From the NCBI GenBank assembly GCA_963777505.1, contig CAVZQN010000007.1:138452-202451 (forward strand): a DNA stretch of 64,000 nt, in the 5' to 3' direction. This document shows positions 53,025-61,128 of the stretch, piece by piece. A program made the translations under genes and the position numbers. The stretch is from an uncultured bacterium (GTDB lineage Bacteria; Acidobacteriota; HRBIN11; JAKEFK01). Numbering within the stretch: position 1 is the first letter of the stretch; every line of letters begins with the position of its first letter. The notes below the pieces were generated by a model that worked only from the letters and a program-made list of their open reading frames with translations, was not told where the DNA came from and searched no databases.

Positions 53025-53999
53025 ATGAACGTAAGAATATCAACTTCACTAACAAAACTTTTCACTGAACTACAGGAGTCCAGTGTGACCCCTGAAGTTT
53101 CGAAACCACAACTTAGCAATGTTCAAGAGGCTGCTGCAGCTGTAAGTCGAGTATCAACCGGCTTGGAATTTATTCAACAGCATGGCTTCGACTTTACCAG
53201 CACCGTTCAAAAAGCGTTGATGGAACGCTTGTCGATAGGTTTTGATAAAACAGCGACGAAATTTCCGAGCACTGAGTCGCCTCTTTTTGTAAAAGGTAAC
53301 GGTGATACGAACTCTGTAGATGGGAGTGATATAAACCAGCAAGGCTTGCGAAACTGCTGGCTGATGGCTCCGCTTGCCGCAATGGCGGAGAAGGATCCGG
53401 AAGCCATTAAACGGATGATCAAAGATAATGGTAACGGCACGTATACCGTAACATTTAAAGAAAAAATAATGACGAATCCTCCTGTTTATGTTGACAAACC
53501 GGTCACTGTTACGGCTGATTTTCCTGGTGGAAAAGCAGGTAACGGACATGCTGGAGCCGGAGATAAAGACCGTTTCGGAAAAGGAGAAATCTGGCCGTTG
53601 ATTATTGAAAAGGCTTGGGCACAAAAGAATGGTGGCTATGCTGCAATAAATAGCGGTAGGAATGCCAGAGAGTTTATGGAAGCCATAACCGGTCATTCGG
53701 CTACGTCCACTGTGCCCCAGCTAAAAGTTGGAACTCTTAATATCGGTCAGTCTTTTGAAGATCTAAACCGCGACTTCCACTCAGGAAAAAAGATTGTCAT
53801 GCTGTCGCGAGATAGTGTGAATGCAAAAGGTCTTGGATATGGGCTAGTCACGGACCATTACTATTCGGTACAAAACGTCTACACAGATGCGAACGGAAAA
53901 AAGATGGTTCAATTGAGCAATCCCTGGGGAAATACCCATCCTACACCGATTCCATATGAGGAGGCAGTCTACTATTTTGAACAAATTCTCACCGCTTGA
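53025..53999 (+). CDS. Calpain-like (C2 family) cysteine protease with disordered N-terminal extension; putative effector
   Basis: QQGLRNCWLMAPLAAMA (Cys), IWPLIIEKAWAQ, DHYYSV (His), LSNPWG (Asn); GGAGG RBS; no signal peptide. Confidence 0.85.
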   Translation: MNVRISTSLTKLFTELQESSVTPEVSKPQLSNVQEAAAAVSRVSTGLEFIQQHGFDFTSTVQKALMERLSIGFDKTATKFPSTESPLFVKGNGDTNSVDGSDINQQGLRNCWLMAPLAAMAEKDPEAIKRMIKDNGNGTYTVTFKEKIMTNPPVYVDKPVTVTADFPGGKAGNGHAGAGDKDRFGKGEIWPLIIEKAWAQKNGGYAAINSGRNAREFMEAITGHSATSTVPQLKVGTLNIGQSFEDLNRDFHSGKKIVMLSRDSVNAKGLGYGLVTDHYYSVQNVYTDANGKKMVQLSNPWGNTHPTPIPYEEAVYYFEQILTA

Positions 54000-54044
54000 G
54001 ATTAAGGAATGCCTGAATGAGTTTGGTGCCGGGCGCCTCCGGCA

Positions 54045-55916
54045 TCAAACTTCCTTTTTTTTTGTCACCGATGAGAGATTGAAATTGCGAACAAGCCTAT
54101 ACAAGTGATTTGTATGCAGACCCAGGCGTGATGCTGCTTCGTTGTAGTTGCCTCCAGCAGTTTCCAATGCTTTTCGAATAAATTCTTTTTTGAAGTTCTG
54201 CAAGGCATCTTGGTATTCGCCTACTACAGTCGCATCTGAAGGGCGGCTCTCTAACAGAAGCTCTGGCAAATCGTCGGGATGAATCGTCTCTGAGGACCCG
54301 AGAACGATTGCACGTTCCATTGCATTTTGTAATTCGCGGATATTACCTGGCCAATTATAAGTTCGCAAAATTGTTTGCGCCTCCGGCGAAATTGCCTGGA
54401 AGGGGTGTCCTGCTTTAGTAGAAAAGTGGCTTGCGAAATAGCGAGCAAGCAGCAAGATATCTTCTTCCATCTCTCGAAGCGCTGGCATTTTCAGAGATAC
54501 CACGTTGAGTCTGTAAAAAAGATCGCTACGGAACGTTCCATCTTGCATGCATTTCCGCAGATCACGGTTGGTGGCTGCAAAAATACGAACATCTATCTTT
54601 GCCGGCCGAGACGACCCCACACGTTCTATCTGTTTTTCTTCAAGGACTCGTAAAACTTTTGCCTGCAACGTCAACGGCAATTCTGCAACTTCATCAAAGA
54701 ATAAAGTACCGCCTGACGCAGTTTCTATCTTGCCTTTCTTGGAGAAAATCGCTCCTTCGAAAGCGCCTTTCTCATATCCAAAAAGCTCACTCTCAAGTAG
54801 ATGATTCGGAATGGCCGCCCAATTAATTGTTACAAATGGATGGTTGGCACGCGAACTCTTGGAGTGAATCGTACGCGCTGCAAGCTCCTTTCCCGTTCCG
54901 CTTTCACCCGTGATTAATACACATGTATCTGTTCGTGATGTTTTTTCAATTACTTCACGAACTTTCCGGATTGCAGAACTCTCTCCAATAATCGGACTCT
55001 TCATCAGTAATTCTTTCTGAAGTACATCATTTTTGATGCGAGCAATCTCAAGGTCCTGAAGATTTTTCAGCGCAGGCGCTACAATCGTTGCAATTGAGCC
55101 GGCAAGACGAAGGTCTTCCTCGCGAAAAATTGCTGATCGACTGACAGTATCAAGATAGACAATACCCAAGGACGAATCATTCAATATAAATGGTACACAC
55201 AAGACCGATTGTGGGCGGTATTCGAGCAAGCTATCAGATTGGACCGGCGATTCAGCTTGCCCAATATCATTCAACAGGAGAGCTGTTTTCTCATCGCATA
55301 CTCGATTTGCGATCGTCCGGCTTACTCCTGCAGAATTTTTTTCGCCAGTTTTCGTTTTTGAAGCCAGCAACCGATAATCATCTACCGTATTCACAAGCAC
55401 GGAGCCTCTTTGTGCTGGAATGGAGGCAAATAGCAGATCCAAAAGCTTTTCTCCGAATTCTTCCAGCTTTTGCACCGATTGAACGGATTGACTGATGCGA
55501 AGCAGTAGACTCAATTCGCTAGTATTATTTGTTTCAAATGGAGTCGGTTGCCTGTGCATTGGAAGTGACAATGTAACTTTTGCGTTCAAGAGATCTTCAT
55601 CCGTACCATTTGATGGTGTCTCTTCTTCCTGCAAGGCGATCACAAATACAGAGCTTCCGATCTCAATTCGGTCTCCATGTTCCAGCAGACATTCTCCGAC
55701 CGGAAGTTCGTTCACAAAAATTCCATTCCGGCTTTGCAGATCGCAGATTTTATAGGCGTCAATCTCTTTGCGGATGACGCAATGACGACGCGATAATAGT
55801 AAGTCCTTGATGGGAACGGAATTCGTACGATCGCGTCCGATCGTCATCTCTGACTCACCCAGCGGAATTCTCTTGCCCTGTAATGGGCCCATCAAGGCCA
55901 CTAGAAAAGGAATCAT
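54045..55916 (-). CDS. FHA-GAF-AAA+-HTH sigma54-type enhancer-binding protein with GAFEGA loop
   Basis: FHA (IGR..SRRH..DLQSRNG), GAF (SVLCVP), GESGTGKE, ESELFGYEKGAFEGA, FRSDLFYRL, WPGNIREL, Fis HTH. Confidence 0.93.
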   Translation of the reverse strand: MIPFLVALMGPLQGKRIPLGESEMTIGRDRTNSVPIKDLLLSRRHCVIRKEIDAYKICDLQSRNGIFVNELPVGECLLEHGDRIEIGSSVFVIALQEEETPSNGTDEDLLNAKVTLSLPMHRQPTPFETNNTSELSLLLRISQSVQSVQKLEEFGEKLLDLLFASIPAQRGSVLVNTVDDYRLLASKTKTGEKNSAGVSRTIANRVCDEKTALLLNDIGQAESPVQSDSLLEYRPQSVLCVPFILNDSSLGIVYLDTVSRSAIFREEDLRLAGSIATIVAPALKNLQDLEIARIKNDVLQKELLMKSPIIGESSAIRKVREVIEKTSRTDTCVLITGESGTGKELAARTIHSKSSRANHPFVTINWAAIPNHLLESELFGYEKGAFEGAIFSKKGKIETASGGTLFFDEVAELPLTLQAKVLRVLEEKQIERVGSSRPAKIDVRIFAATNRDLRKCMQDGTFRSDLFYRLNVVSLKMPALREMEEDILLLARYFASHFSTKAGHPFQAISPEAQTILRTYNWPGNIRELQNAMERAIVLGSSETIHPDDLPELLLESRPSDATVVGEYQDALQNFKKEFIRKALETAGGNYNEAASRLGLHTNHLYRLVRNFNLSSVTKKKEV

Positions 55917-56057
55917 GATCTTGATTTTAGCATGACGAAAATCATCAAAGATCCATTCGGATAATCAAGAGATCATAAAGGCACTCTGCGCATAAACTAA
56001 CTCGCTAACGCGCGCGTCTAATTCCTGCAATAATAAACGTGCTTACGAGAGGAAATT

Positions 56058-57791
56058 ATGCATTTCAACAACTCACAACACAGAAGTCGGACGAGGATAG
56101 CTGTTGTTATTGTGCTGCTTGTGTCGAACCTCTACCAATTCGCCGAAAGTAATGATGTGTTTCAAGCGCAGTTGGAGGCTCCTTCGGATGGAGTGCAGTT
56201 TTACCGGAAGCTGCAACAGGCACAACAGCTATACGAGAAAGAGAAGTGGGCTGAGGCAGAGCCTATATATAAGGAGCTCGTTGCTGAGTATTCCTTGAAT
56301 GGCACGATCTGGGGACAGCTCGCAAAAACATTACGGCTCCAGGGTAAATACGCCGATGCGTTGAATGCATACGAAAGAGTGATCAATCTTCAAGGCCCCG
56401 GACTTCCCTTCAGCGGACGTTATTGGATTGCAGTCTGTCATGCGAATCTCGGTCATACCGATGCGGCTCTGAATACTTTGCAGCAAATGGTTTTTCAAGA
56501 AGCAGAGTTGATGCGCCCCGAATTGCTAACGGACTCAAACTTCGCAAGCTTGAAAGATAATCCCCGATTCCAAGAAATCGCTGGAAAGCAGGATGTTTCA
56601 AAAGTCGAGCGTGTCGAAGGATGGCGCGGGGATATTGATTACCTTGCAGAAGAGTTAAAGCGCAACAATCCTGCAGGCATGCCGATCCCCGAAGAATTCT
56701 TCAAGCGTCAGCGGGAGTTGAAGGAACAAGTTCCACAACTGAATGATTGGGAGATCATTGCAGGAATGGGACGCATGTTGAATTCGCTGAATCGCGGTCA
56801 CACAGCTTTGTGGCTTGGGGTGCCCGGCTCAAAGTTGGATTTCAGACCGATGCCTGTTCGTTTCTATATTTTCCCGGAGGGAATTTTTGTAACAGAAGGT
56901 TTCCAGGGAAATGAAAATCTCGCAGGAGCGAAGGTCCTGAAATTCGGAAACACTTCTGCAGCCGAGGCGTTCCGGCGCGCAAGAGCCGCGCGCAGCGCGG
57001 AAAGTGCAATGGAGGATGTGTGGACAGTACCATATATGCTGGAGTTGCCTGCCGTGTTGAAAGGATTGGGAATGATTCAGAACGCAGAAAGTGCAGAGCT
57101 CACATTACAGATGCCGGATGGTACTATCGTTGAAAAAAAACTCGGTTTGATGGATCCCGAGCGGAAACGCAAACTCAACCCTCCACCGCGAGTTGAACCA
57201 CCACTCTTCCTACGCAACATGAATGAGATGCACTGGTTTCAGCCTATGCCCGAACATAGAGCTATCTACGTCCAGGTCAATAACATCATGCCTGACAAAG
57301 ACGAAACTCTGCCTCAGTTCGGTCTCACACTCAGACGTGCAATCCAAGAACATAAGCCGGACAACATCATATTGGACATTCGTCACAATAACGGTGGAAA
57401 TACATTTACTTACGTTGAGTTGCTGCGAACACTGACTGCCTTCAGCACTTTGGAAGGACACACCGTCTATGCTCTTATCGGCCGGAATGTATATTCAGCG
57501 GCAGCCAATTTCTCCACAGACTTGGAGCGCGTTGTGCGCCCCATCTTCGTAGGAGAACCCACAAGCCAGATCGGAAACCAGTGGGGTGACGAAAGTCAGT
57601 ATGTTCTCCCTTACAGCAAGCAGATCGGATCCTTTTCAGGACTGCGCTGGCAAATCAGCCACCCATGGGACCAGCGCCATTCACTCGTTCCCCAAGTCCC
57701 TGTCCAGCTGACAGCAAAAGCATACTTTAGCGGCCGGGATCCAGCTCTAGATGCCGTGCTCGGGATGATCAAAGAACAAAATCAGAAATAG
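56058..57791 (+). CDS. Exported TPR + S41-like peptidase
   Basis: N-terminal TPRs; IILDIRHNNGGN, LIGRNVYSAA, FVGEPT, RDPALDA. Confidence 0.78.
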   Translation: MHFNNSQHRSRTRIAVVIVLLVSNLYQFAESNDVFQAQLEAPSDGVQFYRKLQQAQQLYEKEKWAEAEPIYKELVAEYSLNGTIWGQLAKTLRLQGKYADALNAYERVINLQGPGLPFSGRYWIAVCHANLGHTDAALNTLQQMVFQEAELMRPELLTDSNFASLKDNPRFQEIAGKQDVSKVERVEGWRGDIDYLAEELKRNNPAGMPIPEEFFKRQRELKEQVPQLNDWEIIAGMGRMLNSLNRGHTALWLGVPGSKLDFRPMPVRFYIFPEGIFVTEGFQGNENLAGAKVLKFGNTSAAEAFRRARAARSAESAMEDVWTVPYMLELPAVLKGLGMIQNAESAELTLQMPDGTIVEKKLGLMDPERKRKLNPPPRVEPPLFLRNMNEMHWFQPMPEHRAIYVQVNNIMPDKDETLPQFGLTLRRAIQEHKPDNIILDIRHNNGGNTFTYVELLRTLTAFSTLEGHTVYALIGRNVYSAAANFSTDLERVVRPIFVGEPTSQIGNQWGDESQYVLPYSKQIGSFSGLRWQISHPWDQRHSLVPQVPVQLTAKAYFSGRDPALDAVLGMIKEQNQK

Positions 57792-57892
57792 TATTTTGCT
57801 TTTTTGTGTGATCTGGGGAAATTTGTTCAAACAGAGTGTACTCACTGCCCTTCTACTCTTTCCACTAACGTACATGCCTGGTCATACATTAA

Positions 57893-58555
57893 CTATTGAA
57901 GCGCTTTCATTGCCAAACGGTGTACGTCGGGATCAGTCACAGCCATTAGCCGTTTTTTAACGACACGCGAAAAGTATTCACGTTCAGTCTTATTTAGTCT
58001 TTCGCCACGAACCTTTTTCATCAAAAGATCCCTTTGTTTTGGTGAAAAGAGTAACGACAAGAAATGTTCTTGACGTAAATCTTCACTTAAGTCCTGCTTC
58101 TCTTTTGCTCGTTTCTCGCGGACACCAAGCATGAAATAATTTAGGAAAGCCGTTTTCAGCCTTTCTGGATGAAGACTCGCGCGGCGAGTATTAACATCAC
58201 GAAGATTCGCTCGGACTCGATTCAGCATCCGATGTTGCTTTAGATGTTTCGTAAGCTCTTCATACAAATCATATTCTCCGTAGGATTGGAGAAAATCTAA
58301 TGTGTAAGCTGTCAATGACAGTAATAGTTGCTTCCAATGTTTGTTAGGAAGTAGCTTGGATACTTTACTAAGATTTAATCTCTCATCACCTCTTAGCAAA
58401 AAGCCTGCAAGCAGAACAGGAAATCCTTCCTGGACACGGCCGTCCTCACTCTTAACAACTTGCGCAAGCAGATTATTCGGATCTGTTTTTGTTGCACGAA
58501 CGAGCGAGTAGCCGGATTCTTCCAGGTCTTTTAATAGTTTGTCAGTATCTTCCAT
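57893..58555 (-). CDS. Hypothetical protein, possibly an orphan TA-associated regulator
   Basis: C-terminal LFSPKQRDLL...LNKTEREYFSRVVKKRL HTH-like; self-operator-like palindromes upstream. Confidence 0.6.
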   Translation of the reverse strand: MEDTDKLLKDLEESGYSLVRATKTDPNNLLAQVVKSEDGRVQEGFPVLLAGFLLRGDERLNLSKVSKLLPNKHWKQLLLSLTAYTLDFLQSYGEYDLYEELTKHLKQHRMLNRVRANLRDVNTRRASLHPERLKTAFLNYFMLGVREKRAKEKQDLSEDLRQEHFLSLLFSPKQRDLLMKKVRGERLNKTEREYFSRVVKKRLMAVTDPDVHRLAMKALQ

Positions 58556-58585
58556 GTTATGTTTTTAATTTATTTACACATAAGT

Positions 58586-58645
58586 CATACAAAATATTGT
58601 ATGTTTTCGTACAATTTATTGTATTATTTTATACAATTTTGTCAA
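58586..58645 (-). promoter_or_regulatory. sigma70 promoter overlapped by two palindromes
   Basis: TTGACA-N16-TACAAT on minus strand; CATACAA-AATA-TTGTATG and TACAAT-TT-ATTGTA. Confidence 0.6.
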
Positions 58646-58668
58646 GAATATTGAGTCGGGTTGGATTC

Positions 58669-58928
58669 TTATCTCGAGAAGTCGATTGTCCGAGCCATCT
58701 CTATATAACGGCAGAGAGCGTTTGCCAATTTCATCTGACGTGGAGTTTTGCATTCGGGTTCAAACAACTTTGGATTTGCAACAAGAATGCAAACACAACG
58801 CGCGCGGGAGGTTGCAACATTGAAACGGTTGAGACTGTACAGAAATTCCATGCCGCGCGGAGCTTCTTCAGGTGAAGAAGTGGTCATCGAATAAATCACA
58901 ACAGGAGCTTCCTGCCCTTAAATTTATC
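58669..58928 (-). pseudogene. Duplicated 3' end of the TM0106-like helicase gene
   Basis: GQEAPVVIYSMTTSSPEEAPRGMEFLYSLNRFNVATSRARC...LANALCRY identical in protein to 61129..61374 but with synonymous changes and a different tail (IEMARTIDFSR). Confidence 0.9.
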
Positions 58929-59115
58929 TTTCGCATTCGTTTCTAGTACTAATCACTTGATCGCTCAAATAAAGACGCGTGGTGAAATCGCAAGCTTCCC
59001 TATTCTGCCAATTATGCTGTTGGAGATGCGATTGTCTTAAGAGGGTTCGATACCGCACCCGTCAAATTTCCATCCACGTTTACAGTGAATCCCAATCTTC
59101 GAGACGCTTAAGAAG

Positions 59116-59141
59116 ATGGGGCGCCGGTTCCAGGCGCCCAT
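59116..59141. terminator. Hairpin downstream of 59157..60827
   Basis: GGGCGCC-GGTTCCA-GGCGCCC stem-loop. Confidence 0.55.
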
Positions 59142-59156
59142 ATTTTTGCAGGCATG

Positions 59157-60827
59157 TCATTTTTTCTTCTTGGAAACTTTGTCCTGTTCTTCTTCCTCAT
59201 CATCTTTACTTTTTGAGCCTAACCCGATGAGCGGCGTTGCTCCTACGTTGATATTCATATCAGAAGGATCGCCTCCGCGAGTCGGCCCAGTGTAGCCATG
59301 ATTCGGAGAATCGGGACCAAAATCAACATCTCCACCACTCTGCGGTGACTCTGTAAATGTTCCGCCGCTGCCGCCAAACTGCACTGTCGTGTCGGGCTGC
59401 GCGATTAAGCCGTATTTTCCCAACTCCCCAAGATGGATTTGCGGGTCGTTGACAATCTGCCCTTTCGGCTCCGCCTGTTCCGCCGGGTCTACGTCCTCGC
59501 CGCCCTTATGCGGACCGATGGCGCGAAGGTCATTAACGAACTTCTGACTCTGTTGTTTGAGGGTATCCGGAATGTTGCCGTCGTAGTCTTCATAACCACC
59601 AGGGTCCTTGGTAGTCGCCCCAGTGCTCTGTCCACTCTCCTCCGTGCTCTGTCCATTCTGCGCAGCTTCCTTTTCTGCTTTCTTTGCTGCTCCTTTCTTG
59701 CGTCCTTCCTCGGCTTTTGCCTCTGTCTCCTCTTTGGTGTCCGTACCATCAGTGGCATCTGCAATGTCCTCACCCAACGATTGGCCGGAGACTGCTTCGT
59801 ACAATTTGTCAATGGCAGTTCCAACTGCAACCCCAGCTACCGCCGCGACTGCAACTCCTCCAACGGCCGCCACTGTTGCGGCACCCTCTGCCGCTACTGC
59901 TGCAGTTGCTGCTTCGGCAGCCGCTGCCTGCGCTGCCTCCGCACCTAAGCCAACGACTCGTGCGGCCCAAGCCGCTTGCGATGCCGCTTCTGCCGCCGCA
60001 ACTGCTGGTGCTGCAGCTGAAGCCGCCGCGGCTGGGATCCCGTATGCTCCTGCCCCGAATGCAGCCGAAGCAGCAAGACCGGCATTTTTGAGCGTCCCAT
60101 CCGCAATGATTTCTTTTCCGTACGATGGCGCATTGTTTACATGCTCGTTTGCAGAATCCAGAAGCGCGTTGCCTGTTGCGCCCTCTCTTAGTTCCTCTTT
60201 CGTCCTTGCCTGTCCCTTTATTCCTGGTAGCAATTCGGAGGAGTCACGTTGAGGAATGGAAAAATCTCCAGACACGAGCTGATTTACTACTTCGGAAACG
60301 TCAGGCCCTGTCGCTGCGCTTTGCTCTGGCGAGCCTTGTAAGCCCCGTTGAGAATTGAATTCTTGCTGCGGATCTTTTTTAGAATCGGATTTACCTCCCG
60401 GCTTCTTTTGATCTTTCTGATTTTCATAATTGGCTTTGCCATCGATCATCTGGTACGCAGAGCGATTGATATCAAAATTTGCATTACCTGCCAGCCGTGT
60501 TTCATCAAAACTTAACTCTTTGGAGCCTTTTTGTTCACTCGTTTTTGTCGATTGTGAATCGCGATTCTTAATAGCAGCATCGGCAGGCAGCATCGACTCC
60601 GAGGCAACTTTCAACTTTAGTCCTCCGGTCAGACCTGTCTTCTTGCGAGAGGCCTCGGATTGCTTGCTTTGATCCTCTTTGATGCTAGCCTTCGGCTTTT
60701 CAAAGCCATCCTTGATCTGGCTGATTCCTGATTCGACAGCCTTCGCCGTCTCTACTTTGTCAGCACTATTGTTCTGAGCGCCCGAAACCTTTTGAAGCAC
60801 TTCTCCTGATGTGTCCTTTATACGCAT
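59157..60827 (-). CDS. Putative translocator/pore-forming export substrate with about 95-aa Ala/Gly/Val-rich hydrophobic core
   Basis: GGAGG RBS, MRIKDTSGE start, motif A GISQIKDGFE, AGLAASAAFGAGAYGIPAAA...VAAVAGVAVGTAIDK, acidic/disordered flanks. Confidence 0.72.
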   Translation of the reverse strand: MRIKDTSGEVLQKVSGAQNNSADKVETAKAVESGISQIKDGFEKPKASIKEDQSKQSEASRKKTGLTGGLKLKVASESMLPADAAIKNRDSQSTKTSEQKGSKELSFDETRLAGNANFDINRSAYQMIDGKANYENQKDQKKPGGKSDSKKDPQQEFNSQRGLQGSPEQSAATGPDVSEVVNQLVSGDFSIPQRDSSELLPGIKGQARTKEELREGATGNALLDSANEHVNNAPSYGKEIIADGTLKNAGLAASAAFGAGAYGIPAAAASAAAPAVAAAEAASQAAWAARVVGLGAEAAQAAAAEAATAAVAAEGAATVAAVGGVAVAAVAGVAVGTAIDKLYEAVSGQSLGEDIADATDGTDTKEETEAKAEEGRKKGAAKKAEKEAAQNGQSTEESGQSTGATTKDPGGYEDYDGNIPDTLKQQSQKFVNDLRAIGPHKGGEDVDPAEQAEPKGQIVNDPQIHLGELGKYGLIAQPDTTVQFGGSGGTFTESPQSGGDVDFGPDSPNHGYTGPTRGGDPSDMNINVGATPLIGLGSKSKDDEEEEQDKVSKKKK

Positions 60828-60865
60828 GATTTGTTTACCTCCAAATCGCTCGCATCTTCCTATAT

Positions 60866-60881
60866 GGCAAACGGTGTGCCA
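60866..60881 (-). promoter_or_regulatory. sigma54 -24/-12 promoter
   Basis: TGGCACACCGTTTGCC, near-consensus, 38 bp upstream of ATG 60827. Confidence 0.85.
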
Positions 60882-61128
60882 AACAATAAGGCGATTGATC
60901 CGAGGAGCATGGCCGTTTGGTGGCTCCTCATTAAGCAACAGCAGTTGTTCTTTACATCCTAGAGTTGCTCACTATATATGAGGGGCTCACATCGAGGGGG
61001 CATTTCTAACCGGCAAATTCATTTTACCGGTTAGAATCTGCTGGTTTTTTTGCCCGATTGCTAAAAGTGTAACTAAGGTGATTTTAGATGGCTTGTTTGA
61101 CTATGAAATCGCGACTCATCACGCTAAC

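Noticed and set aside
59433-60252. Long + strand ORFs (171-214 aa) over the Ala-rich gene
   Set aside because: Antisense shadows of GCN-rich codons; the minus-strand gene has RBS and promoter support
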